Source: Lytechinus pictus (taxonomy: Eukaryota). Taken from it: DNA of 64,000 bases. The translations under genes were made by a program, and so were the position numbers. The stretch's first letter is position 1, and each line of letters opens with the position of its first letter. The DNA is taken from positions 31,126,001 to 31,190,000 of the forward strand of contig NC_087251.1 of NCBI RefSeq assembly GCF_037042905.1. The letters run 5' to 3'. The notes under the pieces were generated by a model, which was not told where the DNA came from, made no database searches, and saw nothing but the letters and a program-made list of their open reading frames with translations. Below are positions 36,350 through 50,036 of the stretch, piece after piece.

Positions 36350-36643
36350 GTCTCTGGGAATGGCTCTTCTAAAGGCCCTAACACTCTACTGCATGCTAGC
36401 ACATCCAACCTGCCATCATCCATCAAGCCCAAGAACCAACCAGAGCAAGAGCCTAAGCATCAGGGCCAGCCTGCGAGGAAGAGCAGTATCACCCAGCTCT
36501 TAGGCAGAGATGGATTGCCTCTAGGAGCTGCTCTGCCACTCATTACAAACCTGGATGCAGAAGTCAATGCTCCATTGCCTACCAACAGGTTGCTACAGGG
36601 GGAAGACCTCTTGCAAGCCCTGGACCTAACAGCCCCATACTGA
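36350..36643 (+). CDS. HIF1A: HIF-alpha last coding exon, C-TAD and stop
   Basis: ...LPLITNLDAEVNAPLPTNRLLQGEDLLQALDLTAPY* resembles vertebrate LPQLTSYDCEVNAP...LLQGEELLRALD; TGA at 36641-36643. Confidence 0.96.
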   Translation, partial: VSGNGSSKGPNTLLHASTSNLPSSIKPKNQPEQEPKHQGQPARKSSITQLLGRDGLPLGAALPLITNLDAEVNAPLPTNRLLQGEDLLQALDLTAPY

Positions 36644-36695
36644 CCTTCATGGAACCCCTGATAGAACAGGGATGGAGAAAGAGAAAAGGTTATTA

Positions 36696-36870
36696 CAGGG
36701 GTGTGAGAGTTCAGATTTTTAGCTGATTTCAGATTTTTTTTCCAGCTTAATTTCAGCTTACTTTTGGCTTTCCTCTGTATCAAATGTATGGGAGCTTTTT
36801 CTATTTCAGACTTTTTCAACACTCTAACAGCTTTATTCAGATCTTTTTTTTGTGACCACTCACACCCCTG
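36696..36870. mobile_element. Short hAT-type MITE just after the stop codon
   Basis: TIR CAGGGGTGTGAG / CTCACACCCCTG; TSD GGTTATTA / GGTTAATA (1 mismatch). Confidence 0.75.
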
Positions 36871-39333
36871 GGTTAATATCAATGCATTTAAAGTAGCTTT
36901 CCATGAAAATATTTATTTCCAGGATAGCTTTCCATAATGACATTGTATATTATAAGTGGTCTGCTATGTATGGAATGTTGTAGTCATGATTTTATTAAAA
37001 CTTCAGTATATCAGAGAACTTGCTCAAAGACATACGCTTCAGCATAACTGGAGGGGAAGAATGTTACAGTGATGATATTTGGATTCTTTGTAATTGTTTC
37101 TGTAAATAAAAGTGGAGTAGTGATGAACTAAATGTAGGTTCATACATCTTTGAAATATACATGTATGTCAGTGAATAGTGAACGGATGTTGTCGTGGATG
37201 TGCACAAAACATGAAATTATGCCCTATAAATGCACAAATGTGATTGATGTTTCTCTGTCTTGGCACACTATCAATACAGCCTTTGATTGTAAATTGGTAT
37301 TTCTGAAGCCATTATCATACATGATCCAGTTCACATTTTTTCCTCCAGATTTAATTTTTCATGTCTCTTTATGTAAACTTGAAAGTAAGTATTTTAAATT
37401 TTTTTTATGGGGTTGGCATGCATGCTAAACCTTAAACATAACTATTAAAAGTTATTGTAAATAGATGAGATGTTTTTCCTGCTACATTTATTCTTATAAT
37501 GTACAATGTTCTGTGATGTATATTACACCGAACATTTACATGCTATGTATATTGCTGGGTTAATGTAATTCCTCTTTTTTTGTACAGAAATGTTCCTGGG
37601 ACATTTGTTTTTTATCACCTTATTTCCCTTTTTAATACACCTTTTCATCTTCCTGTGGGGACCCACAGGTTTATCTTACCCAACACTGTGGTCTGTTGTA
37701 GAAAACATAAAAGACAATAAGTTTGTTAACCCTTTGGATACTGAGCACGCATATATGCAGGTTTGGATCTGTGGAGAATGTGTATCAAAGCACAATGAGC
37801 CAGTTTTGAGGGGGTTAAATATAATATTGAGATTTTCAGTAGATTTCTATCTTTATTTTCCATTTCATGGGGATTTCGAATCCATACTTCAACTTTGTTT
37901 ATTTTGTGAGATTAAGGGATTGTGCTAAAATTCATTATTTACAACTTTTCTTGATTTCACTTAGACCTGAAATGTTTACTTTGGATCTACTTGAGATCAC
38001 TAAAAGATGTATGCTTCCTGTCAAATTATTATATATCCTCCATTTATGTATACCATAATAGAAATTTGTTTGGGAAATGACTTTTGTATATTAGATGATT
38101 TATATTATATTTTCACCAAACATTGTTTTTTTTTTGTGTAGTCTATAAAATTACCTGATGTAAATATATCACTATTGAGAAATAGATAATTTATTTACCA
38201 TTTATTTACCATTGGGTAAGTTAAGTAAATGTAATATGATCTTCAATCATACACTTCATGTAACTATATTGTGGTAGTCAGGGGGGTAATTTAGGGAAGA
38301 GGTTTTAGTTTACAGAGAATGATCCACAAATTATCAATTACTACATCAGATAATTTCGGGGTGATGAAAAAATATTTTTATTTCTTTGTTCTCTAAGAAG
38401 CGTGAAGAAGACTAATACATTTGATGCATGAAAATATATTCTTGATACAACAGATTTTAGTAATGGAAGTTTTAAAAACGACTTTATAATTTTGTACACA
38501 AAACTATTTTTCTTCATTGTCTCTCATGTTATCTGTGCATGTGTGTGTATGTGTGTCTTTGTTGATAAAAAGAATTCATTGTGGTGTTAATTAGGAGAAA
38601 TGTAGATTACTCCTGTTTTGTTTAAAAACAAAATATGTGTAGAGATTGTGATGTCCAGAGTTATTTATTTTAACAATGGCAAGTAAGCAAGTAAGTGGAA
38701 TTGTTTAATTATAATTGTGTCTTCAGGCAAAACTGTTTTTTACCTAACACCAGTCCTTGAGATAATGGATAAGATGTGGATTTAGAATGTAAGCCTCACT
38801 TCTAAATCCTGACATGTGAACCTGTATGACATTAGTAGCAGTACATATACTTTACAATCTTCCATATATAGAAATACAAATATTTTGAATGTTAGATATT
38901 AAATATGACATCTTGCCTCTCTTTGATTCCAAATCATCTCATTTATATTTAAAAAAAAATCAATGATATACTTTAAGAAACAACTCAAAATAAAGATATC
39001 TATGAAAGACAACTCAAAATACTGTCAATATCCTCAAATTTTTGTTTAAGATCTAGATAATTACAAGGGGAGAAGGTGGATTCTTGGGTAATTCTATCCC
39101 TGTGTATATATTGCTGTATACTATTCGCGAGGCATTGTAAGAAAGTAGTGTGTTCATATGTGTTTATTCATTGGAGTTGGTGTATGTTTATAACTCAAGG
39201 GGAATATTGAATGCTAAGAAATGGATATGAAAATGCTTACCCTTGTGATATTTGATGAAAAGAAATCACTGCAAGATCAGAATGGTTTGATTTTAAAGGA
39301 GTCTAAATTTTATTACACTAATGTGTATTTTCG

Positions 39334-39376
<43 letters not shown>
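39334..39376. repeat. (TA)n microsatellite
   Basis: Direct reading. Confidence 0.9.
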
Positions 39377-39377
<1 letters not shown>

Positions 39378-42300
39378 AAACGTATCATGGAAGTATTTGA
39401 TGTTTATATATTTCACATGGAATATTATAAATCAAGTTACCTTTAGTGATGCACTTCTTATATGGTAAAATCACCATAATTCCATTATTTACCCTCTAGG
39501 TAAATTTAAATTAATTTTTATTCTGATTTTATTTTTCGTGTTCAAGCTTACTATCTTCGCGTGAGAAAGCAATGGCTTTATCATATTGCTCTTAATAGTC
39601 CTTATATTCTGTTAAATTGTAAAAGCAATGGTATCTGAAGAAATCAGAGAACCCAAATCACTATTCACTTGCACTACTTTTGATTTGGTGTTTTTTTTTT
39701 TCTCTAAATAGATAATTAAAATTGTTAAAAGTAACTAGTATCAAATTGGTAGTACATGTATAAACCTATTGTATAATGTAAGCTAAGGTATCTAAATTGT
39801 TTCTTGTTATTATTTTTACCTACATGAAGCTATCATGTTGATAGTTAAGAGAAAAATTGTGTTCTTTTACTGGAAAAGAATTTTTGACAAATTTTAAATT
39901 TGTTGCAATGAATTGCCCATTATTACATCACAAGTTATTAGCAAAAAAAGAACATTACACTCTATATAAGATCAATGTTGTAAGGCATAGAAGAAGGTGT
40001 TGTGTATTTTATTTAATATTGTACATACATATATGAGTGGGAATAGGGCATACTTTTGTTCAGCTTTATGTTAGTGTGTTTCTTTGCTGATTTATTTTGC
40101 ATTTCATGTTTGATAATTCAAACAATATACAAGCAAGATTATGTCAAGAAACAAAATGCTATCATTACCGTTGCATGCTAAGAGCTCATGTAAATTGCAA
40201 ATTGATTCGCTTATACCTATATACAACATATTTGTTAAGATAGGAATCTTTTATTAATATCTACAAAATAGAGTGACATACCTGGAACATTGATGTGAAA
40301 CTAAAAGCCAACATTATACAAAATATCTTGGATTGTGATTATGGTTATCAAAATGCTGTATGGTTTAATGCTAAATGAATAGACATTGGTATGTTTGCTT
40401 GTACAGACTTATATGGTGATGGGCTGTTTGTACAACAGTGTGTATGTATGTATATGATACATGGTGTATGTTACAATATTTAGATTGATATGGGTACAGT
40501 TTGCGTGGCTGTATAGTGGTGAATGGTCACATCGGATTTGCATAAGCCCCCAGCAATTACAAAATAGCAAGAGAATTTCACTTTATTTGTTTCTGTTATA
40601 TTTTGTAAGGCATTGTGAAGTGCAGCAGCTTTCCCTCTCAATATTGTGTATTGACTAGAATCCTTGGTTGCCAGTATCTGACCTGTAGGTTATAGAGATT
40701 TTAATGTAAATGACCATTAACGGAATGTATTATCAAATCTGCAGTAATATCGCATTGGGGTGGTAAGATAATTCCTCGGTATCGAAATATTGAAATATCA
40801 AACAACTGAACATTTTAATGAGGGTTTTGCCTTTATACCAATACATCACTCTTGGCCCCTTCATACCTACAACAGCTTCTCAATGAGTATCACCCGGTCA
40901 GGCAACTACATTCAAGTAACAGAAAGATGATAATCCCCCTAAAATTTAAATTCAATTTCATATGGGCAAAGAGCATTTCAATATCCAATACCTGAACTTT
41001 GGAATGAGTCTATGTTAAAGTGTTTCCAATGATAAATACCGTTTCAAATGATAAATCCAAATTTCCTAATGATGCATTATCTTTTTTTCAAATTGTCAAA
41101 ATTAAATTTCAAATATGTATAATGTTATTAGGTTATGTTTTATGATGTATTTAGGTTCAATATGATTGTTTTCCTTTCCTTTCTCTCTCTTTCTCATACT
41201 ACCTTTTAAAGCGATAAGAGACTTAACTATATTTTGCGCTCTATGAAAATTGAGTTATATTATTATGACCATCAAGCAAAATGTAAAATAAGAAATCACC
41301 CTTCCCTCCCTCATTTTAATCATGTTTTTTATATCATTATTTGGAATATTATATTAATTATGACAGCTCAAATCATGTTTCTGAATCTTACTATGTTAAA
41401 TTACATGTGATCGCTCTGATGTTTTATTTTAGTCTTGCCAAGTACTAAGGGGAGGGAATAATGTGTACTCTATCATTTATATTACACGTACAGATTTGAT
41501 GAACCTGAGTTTTTGAAGGGAACATAAATTAAATTATCTATAAGAATTGATTCTGAAATACTGTATGCTGCTCTTAAAATATCTGAAATAATTATTTCAA
41601 ACTTGAAATATGATTTATGATCCTCTTTCATATTAACCAATTATCGGTGAACAGTCATTTTCAACTCGTATTAAAGTCAGTATATTTAAAATGTCTATGA
41701 AATGACAGGCAGAAAGAATGCCACATTGACATGTTAATCTCTTTTTTAATTTTTTTTTCATTCCTTTTGCTCGATCACCTTCAATCTCCAACGCTTTGTT
41801 CAAATATATTTTGCTCTTTTATTTCTAAAGCAGTTCGATCATGGTTTTATCTAGAATTAGATTAATATCTGATGGAGAAGGGTTGTAATGATTTGTTGTG
41901 AATACTATCCACAAAAATATATTAGTTGATGTACATGTATTTTGCCAAATAAACAATGCTGCTCTGTTATAACCTTGTTATAGCTTGAAACATATATCAC
42001 ATATTTTTATTTACTATGTAATCTTTAAAAAAAATCATATGAACTTGATCTCATGTAAGAAAAAAAAATCGGCCATGCCCAATTTCTTATGATGGTGTAT
42101 AAGTGAGTTTTGCGATATAATGCATCTAGTTACAGGGTTGTTATGTAAAAATATGCATAATAGAGATCAACAGTATCTTTGCCTCCTGTCTTATCACTCA
42201 TAATTAAAGAACTCCTTTTCACAAAAATAATGTTTATTATTATTATTCTTAGAATGATACCGACGTTCTCAGGATGACGGATCATTTACTGTAGCATCAC

Positions 42301-42673
42301 TTCAGATTATTCATAAGTGAACATATTCCAATTAAGTAATCCATTTGGTTATCTATTATTTCTTTGTAAAGCTTGTCACATGATATATGTTCTAAGTTCA
42401 CTCGGTTGTTACATAATTAGAAATATGGCCCTGTCCTTGTATTGCATGAAATCACTATTTCATGGACAGTTTTCAAAGTGATATTCAACTAAAGACATGA
42501 ATAGATCTCAGCATACCTACACAAGTGTTTTTTTTCATCCCTTTGGTATTCTTGCTTTCAGCGTTTGTCCAATTTTTTCTCTCCATAATTTCATACCAAT
42601 AAACATTTGATTTGTAGTTTTCTCTCATTCATGTAGTGTTTGGTCATGTTAAACCTCATGAAAAGAATTACTA

Positions 42674-43426
42674 TTGGGGCACCAATTGTGACCTTTCAGT
42701 ATAACTCAATACTAATTATACTATACATTTATTGTTTGTAGGCTTTACATTTGTATTAAGACCATACATTTTACTGGAAATTTGGGGCAATTTAGACTCA
42801 TTTTCCATGAAGTTATTAAGCAAAGTAGTGTTTAATGCTGTTTAGTGGACACGGTGTCCTTGTAGCATCGGGATATTTACATTTGGTCCAAAAGTTAAAT
42901 TAATGCAATTAGACTGACTAAAACTTGAAACAATACGTACATTTACTTGTTAAGTCAGTTACTATTAGCTAAATTCCTCAGATTTCTTATATGCATTCAA
43001 GAGAAAATGTTAAAATTGTCAGTGTCCATGTCGCATTGGGAAATGTCACATTTGGTGCACACCGATTAGCATAGTGACAATTTTGACAATTTATTTTTGA
43101 AAATAGAACTACATGCAAAGGAAATCTGAGGTATTTAGCTATCTGACTTAACAAGTGAATGTACATAATGTATCAAGTGTTGGTCAACCTAATTGCCATG
43201 ATTTGACGTTTAAGACCAAATATAAATATCCTGATATTACACAAACACCATGTGCCTATAACAGCATCATTGTCTGTTTTGCTTAATAACTTCATGGAAA
43301 ATTAGTCTAAATGGCCCCAAATTGCCAGTAAACTGTATGCCTTTAATACAAAAGTAAAGCCCTACAAATAAATATATAGTACAATCAGTATTGAGTTATG
43401 CTGAAATGACACAATTCATGCCCCAA
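42674..43426. repeat. Long imperfect inverted repeat (foldback element), arms about 350 bp
   Basis: Paired segments include TTGGGGCA/TGCCCCAA, ATAACTCAATACT/AGTATTGAGTTAT, TTTTCCATGAAGTTATTAAGCAAA/TTTGCTTAATAACTTCATGGAAAA, ACTTGTTAAGTCAG/CTGACTTAACAAGT and CCTCAGATTTC/GAAATCTGAGG. Confidence 0.9.
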
Positions 43427-46400
43427 CTTCATGGAATGATGCAATTGCTGAATTTAATCTTTCGTAGGAAGGGGGATTTTATTTTTTTGAAGGATATGTA
43501 AATGATGTTACTTTAAAGAAATCTCCTCATGTTATACAATGAATTATTTACATTAATCTATGTCATTTTTCCTAAATGGGATATACAATAGGAACTTAAC
43601 AACCAAAAATATTCTTTTATGCAATTGTGTGAGCAACAATATATTACTTATTTGAACATAAGGTACATTTGTGGTACTTAAAATCTAAGCAAGTTCAATC
43701 ATTATTTTTGTATACGTAGTACGTTCCTAGTTGAATGAAGGCATTTGGTATGTTTCTTGACAATCATGATTTTTAAAAATGAAATAATTAAATCAAAATC
43801 ATTAAATCATCTAAATACTTTCAGTGACGGGCCATTGTGAATATACATTCAGATCTATGTATGCCTCTACCATTACATTGATGCATGTTAATTCATTATT
43901 TGTGAATTTTATTTCTGAAATATAGTCACATGTCATTATTTCACAACAATCAACACATGCAGAAAGAAACAATATTCCTGGTATCTCATTGCAATTTGTT
44001 CCACATTCTTTTTTAGATTGCTACACAGGAAGTCAATTTTATAGCAGATTTTTTTAAACAGGATTGTCCAGGGGAGTGTTTCATGAAAGAACTTGTCAGA
44101 CATTTTATCTGTCAAGTCCCATTTTTATCCGACAGTTACCAGTAACAGTACTTCTCAGCCAATCACAATCAAGGAAAGTTGTCAGGGCTGACTTGTCAGA
44201 CAAAAATGTTGATGAAACACTCCCCAGAACCAATAGGAGCTCTTCTCATATGACTAGAAATCCTAATCAAATTTGGTAACAACATTTATTGGCCCTGCAC
44301 AGTCTCTGATATAGGCATACATGAATCTGAATTTATCTCTGATGAACCTATTCACGCTAAGGATAGTGTTCCAGAAATTTTCTAATGAATTATAAGTTAA
44401 TGGAATCCTTTTCTTGTGTGTCTGATTTGTTTCTGATCAATGTTAACCACCCACACCCAATAAAAGGTTTTGTTGTGATCTGTCCTCAACTCAAGTGTAT
44501 GTGTTCTTTTCTCTGTTAATCATGCATGGCTTCAAAAATAGAATTAAGAGAGCGGATAGAGAGAGAAGTAGTTGACAGGAGAGAAATTAGGAGAGGGAGA
44601 GACAAGGTCAGATATAAGTTACAAGAGAAAGAGGAAGGGAGGAAGGAAGAGAGAGAGGGGGAGGGAATGAGAAGTTAAGAAATATGTGACAGGAAATAAG
44701 AAACAAATAGATTGGTCTCATCATAAAACCATCATAAATACAAGATATATATTCACATCTCATGACAATGGTTTTGATAAACATGCACCATTATTGTGAC
44801 AACTTCTTGTAAAAGATTGGGCGCTGAACAGCGGCTTGGACAGCGGGAAGATGGGGATGCATAATTCCAGGCGCTGATCTAGCCGGATCAGACACAATAC
44901 CATTTTGTGGGTCATATTGTTTTTTTCACAGGAGTCGGCCTCTCAGGATCCGCGCCAGATGCATCCCTCCCCCTTTCCAGGTTTCTAGGCAAAAACCGTT
45001 TTAAAAGATTGTACAGACCGACCTCGTAATACCGAAACAGCATTCTAAAGGGAATTAAAAATGAAAGATGATAATAAAAAACCAAAAACACATTTTCAAA
45101 GTCTTAATTTATTAATAATAATGAGGTAGTTGATGATCGAGCTAGTGATTTGTTTGATTCTCCAATTTTTCCCACAGAAAACAAACGTCGCGGCAATATA
45201 ATATTATTTTCAACAGGCTGAAATATTTCACACGCGAACAAGGTGTGCCATAGCAAGAGGAATTCATCTCGGCAAAAATGCGTGTCTTCACTTTTGTAGG
45301 TAATGTGTACCAGGCGCGGATCCAAGATTTCGTGGGGAGGGGGACCCAAATTTGACATGATTTTTGGCGCCCATGTGTACTTTTCGAAAAATGGCGCGCC
45401 CTCCCTCCCGGCCAGGCTAACTTAAATGTAACTTAAAAGCCTTAAATGTATTTTGAATTATCTTATTACATAATCACATTTAAAAAAAAGCAATTAAAGA
45501 CCACTTTTTTAATGTGTTCTTGAAAAAAATCCATGAATATATAATGTAATATCAATGGGAGCGCGAAGCGCGAGCGATTTTTGGGGGTCTCAATTTGGTT
45601 TAACTTCTCACCAGAGAAGGCCCTACTAGAATATTGTGTGAACGGGAGCTGTAGTTTCTTTACTAGTTATTTAAAATAGCCTTCAATAATATAAATGATA
45701 ACCTCTTGGGAATAATGCAATCTCGAAGCAATCGACTCAATCTCCTCATCAGTGGCGAAGCTGTGATTTATTCAGCAGGGTTGCACGGGGGGGGGGGCTT
45801 GTTGAACTTTTGTAGAGGGCACCTAGATAAAAAAAAAAAAAAAAAAAATGGGGGGGATAGAAGTTAAAGAAATTCCGAAATTTTATTCTTAAAAACACAT
45901 TGAGGTATCTCACAAGGCCTAAATAAATAATGATAACGCGAAGCGCGATATATTTGACATAATATTTGGAAAATAACATTATATTTCACCATAATCCCTT
46001 TCCTTTTCTCTCTTTTTTTCTTGGTCGTGATTTTTTTTTTTTTTGGGGGGGGGCGGGCAAAACGCCCATGTCCTAACAGTCATTTCCTAGCTTTACTTTA
46101 TAAACAACATTAATGTGCAATAATCTCATAAGCCCTATGCGATATAAAAAAATAATTAAATTTCATGTATTTTGACCTGAAAATTGAACATTCTGGGCAA
46201 TGTTTGTGAACCTGAACAAGATGCGTATGTAATTAGATAATTACTACGAGCGCGAAGCGCGAGCAGAAATTTTTAATGTGCGTTCTGGCCTGGTCGAAAA
46301 GGGACCTGTTAAGGACGTTTTGAATTAGCGATTCAGACGATACATATTTCAACGATTAAATAATGCGAGCGCAAAGCGCGAGCTGAACATTTTTGATATT

Positions 46401-47012
46401 CCAACCTAAAAAATTAGATTTCAAACCCCCAACGGGACACTCGATTCATGTTTTGTCACTCATGAAAAATGATGGGTAGTTTTTTGTATCTTCCTACATT
46501 AATAATGCGAGCGCAAAGCGCGAGCAGAAAATTTTTGATATTCTGATCTGAAACTGGATAATTTTAGCACGTTTTTAATAAGATCAAGATGCGTATCTCA
46601 ATAAACATGCGTGCACGTGTTTTAGAGTTAGACAGAATCTGGGCATTCTGAATACATTTAATTTTTCATCATGAAAATCAATAATGCGAGCGCGGATCGC
46701 GAGCTGGAAATAATATTTGAAATTCCGATATGAAATGGGTCAATTTAAGAAATATTTAAAGCACTGTGTATATAGGGGAATTGTGAAGTGGATGTGGAAA
46801 GCACTTAATAAATGATGCGAGCGAAGCGCGAGCTGATATTTTATTATTATTTTAACCTAGGATCGAGACATTTAAGGCCTAAGGACATTTTGTCATTATA
46901 TAAAAATGATGCCTATCTTCTATTCCTCTTCCTAAAACTTGTCGATATATTTTTCTGAAAAAGGGACAATTTAGTTATGAATTCATAAAAAAAATTATTT
47001 CATATTTATTAA

Positions 47013-47607
47013 AGGGGAATCCAGCCTTGGCCATTAAATATTGTGTTTGGAAGGAGAAAAATAAATTAAACAGAATGGTGAAAGTTTGAAAGAAATCGGA
47101 CAAGCAAAAAGAAAGTTATAGCTGCTTTGAAATTGAGATCACTAATACTATGTAGATTTCAAATTGGCAACTGGGTAAGTAAATTATGGCAAGGGGCAAG
47201 GACAACTTTCCCATAGGCCATGTACTTTATTATCAGGGATTTGTGGTTTTCTCCTAAGTACCCATTCCCCTGGGGCAGTAATCTAAATATAACCCAGGTA
47301 GTATATTGTTTAATGTCCTCATGAAAGAAAAATATAATTTGAAATAAAACTTTTGGGGAAAATGACATTTTAGCCATAATATGTATTGGAGTACATGGAA
47401 GAGTAGTCCTTGCCTTACATCACTATGGCATCCCATATGCGGCCAATTTGAAGTCTCCATGGGTATAGTGATTACCAATATTTACAACTTTTAAAAATTC
47501 ATAACTTTCTTGTTGTTTGTCCAATATTGTTCAAACTTTCACCTGTCAACCTGTCTGATTTTTCTTTTCCTTATAAAAACAAGTTTTTATTTGGGTTGGA
47601 TTCCCCT
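47013..47607. mobile_element. TTAA-flanked MITE (Kolobok-like)
   Basis: TTAA-AGGGGAATCCAGCC ... GGTTGGATTCCCCT-TTAA. Confidence 0.8.
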
Positions 47608-47822
47608 TTAATCTAATAAGCCTAATGAGTGCGTGAAATTTGTTGACAGTGCATGAGGTTGACAGTGCATGAGGCCTGAAAAACTGGATATTTTATATTT
47701 TTTGTAATCATGAACAGCATTCATGGGTTGATACATTTATAGCAAATAATGCGAGCACAAATCGCGATCCGAAATTTTTAAATGGGGGGAATTCAAGTAG
47801 TTTGTTATAGAATATATTGGTA

Positions 47823-49514
47823 CAGTGGCGTACCGTGGGTCACGGCATTGGGGGGGGGGGGCACCACCACAAATTTGGTGTCACTTAGGGAGCGCGCTCA
47901 GTAGCCAGGTATGCTGACCTAATAGAGAAATTTTAAGGACATGCAATGCCATTAAACGGATAAGTATCTCACTGATTAAATAATGCGAGCGCGAAGCGTG
48001 AGCTGAAAATTTTTGATATTCAGACCTAAAAGGGACATTATCAGCAAATTTTTTGTAATCGTGATACGTACCTGTCTCGCTAAACAAACAATGCGAGCGC
48101 GAAGCGCGAGCTGAAATTTTTGTATATATTGACCCCAAACAGGGACATTTTAAGGACTATATTTTAGGTATCCATTAAGAGTATAAATATCTCAGCATAG
48201 TCATCTAATGATAGTGGCATCCTTTGCTGATTTTGTTAGAATTACATCTAAACATATGAAGCACTTTTTGTAGTCATTGTAATCATGATTATCATACGCA
48301 TCTCACTAATCAAATACTGCGAGCGCGAAGCGCGAGCTGAAAATTTATGAAATTCAGACCTGAAGAGGGGCATTCCAAGGCTTGTTTGTAGGAATTCACT
48401 AAGTCCTAACGTATTTCACTAACCAAATGATGCGAGCGCGAAGCGCGAGCTAAAAAAATTTTATATTCAGATCAGAAAAATTGACATTTTAAGGACTGAT
48501 TTTAGGAATTCATGAAGAGCAGACATCTCACCAATCAACTAATGCGAACGTTAGCAACGGACAGGAAATGTTTTATATTAAGACCTTAAAATTGGGCAAT
48601 CACTTTAAAGGGGAATGAAACCTTTGGAATAAGTAGGCTTGTGACGAAACAGAAAAATCAAAGAATAAGAAAAAAGAAAGTTTGAGAAAAATCGGATAAA
48701 TAATAAGAAAGTTATGAGCATTTGAATATTGCAATCACTAGTGCTATGGAGATCCTCCCTTTGGCAATGCGACAAGGATGTGTGATGTCACAAGTGAACA
48801 ACCTTCCCTTTGATGGACTATAAAATACCCTCAAAATGTCTCTTTCTGCTTTTTCTTGTGGTGATACAAACTTTTAACCATGATGTATTCTTTAAAAATC
48901 TGTATTACATGCCCTCCTATAGAAAGAACACATGATCTACTGATAGATGTGATAAAGCCTTTTGAAAAGCGGCAATTTAAGTGAAATATATACTAAAGAA
49001 ATGGGGAGAGTTGTTCACAAGTGTCATCTAACATCTTGGTCGCATTGCTAATTTGAGGATCTCAATAGCATTAGTGATCACAATATTCAAATGCTCATAA
49101 ATTTCTCATTAATTGTCTGATTTTTCTCAAACTTTCGTTAATCTGTTTCTTTGACTTTTCTGTTTTCACACAAACTATCTTGTTCCAATGTTTTCATTCT
49201 CCTTTAAGTAGTCATGAAAAAGAAGCAAATGTCACTACATAAAACAATAATAACTCGAATTGCGAGGAAATATATTTGGTGTATATTGATTTGAAAACGG
49301 GAGGTTTTAGTACAACAGGATTATACATCTCGTTAAACAGTCTATGCGAGCACCAGGAGTATGACCAGGAACAATGAAGACATAGGCCCTGAGCAAACTG
49401 TTTCATAAAGTCATGAAAAAAAAAGCTTCTTATGTAACATGATTATGATATAATATAACATTATAATAAACATTACGTTTCTTTTCCTTTCTCCCTCTTT
49501 TTCTCCTTTTCCCC

Positions 49515-49549
<35 letters not shown>

Positions 49550-49613
49550 GGGGGGGGGGGGGCAGCCGATAGGGGGCACGTGCCCACCATACCCCCTGGT
49601 AGTTACGCCACTG
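47823..49613. mobile_element. hAT-type non-autonomous element, nested
   Basis: CAGTGGCGTA / TACGCCACTG termini; TSD TATTGGTA / TATAGGTA (1 mismatch). Confidence 0.75.
48609..49203. mobile_element. TTAA-flanked MITE (Kolobok-like) nested inside 47823-49613
   Basis: TTAA-AGGGGAATGAAA ... TTTCATTCTCCT-TTAA. Confidence 0.8.
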
Positions 49614-49757
49614 TATAGGTATACAGAACTCACCAATCAAAATGCGAGCGCACAGCGCTAGCTCATAGGCCTTCATTTTTGACAATCGAGACACCTGAAA
49701 AGGAATATTTTGAGAATCTTATATGAAATACACAAAGATAATAGGTAGGCCTACAAT

Positions 49758-50036
49758 CAGTGGTGTACCTAGGATTTTCCACAGGGGGGGCAAAACCGTC
49801 GGCCAAAAAATTTGACAAGCAAGCAAAAAAAAAAAAGGTCTCCAATCACAAAATTAAAAAATTAAATTAAGCTCGTCAGGGGGGGGGCAATAAAGGTCTT
49901 CAAGCTCGTCAGGGGGGGGGGGCAAAAAAGGTCTTTCAAGCTCGTCAGGGGGGCAGGGATACGTCATTTGCATGGGTTGTGGCTCGTCAGGGGGGCAGGC
50001 TGCCCCCTCTGCCCCCCCCCCGTAGGTACGCTAGTG
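49758..50036. mobile_element. Short hAT-type MITE
   Basis: CAGTGGTGTACCTA / TAGGTACGCTAGTG; TSD CCTACAAT / CCTACAAC; internal GCTCGTCAGGGGG repeats. Confidence 0.7.

Larger units (their letters stand above)
3599..36643 (+). other. HIF1A: HIF-alpha gene span (bHLH-PAS transcription factor), 14 coding exons in the window
   Basis: All 13 internal introns are GT-AG with matching phases. Domain order is bHLH, PAS-A, PAS-B/PAC, NODD, CODD, C-TAD. The symbol denotes the invertebrate HIF-alpha homolog, not proven 1:1 orthology to vertebrate HIF1A. Confidence 0.96.
36644..44490 (+). other. Probable long 3' UTR of HIF-alpha (end uncertain)
   Basis: Very AU-rich and comparatively transposon-poor. AATAAA at about 37105, 38989, 41948, 42598 and 44459, the last followed by a GT-rich stretch and an abrupt composition change. 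Confidence 0.5.

Noticed and set aside
34617..36882. Minus-strand ORFs 34617-34970, 35068-35280 and 36460-36882
   Set aside because: Antisense shadows of real HIF-alpha exons with no recognisable motifs.
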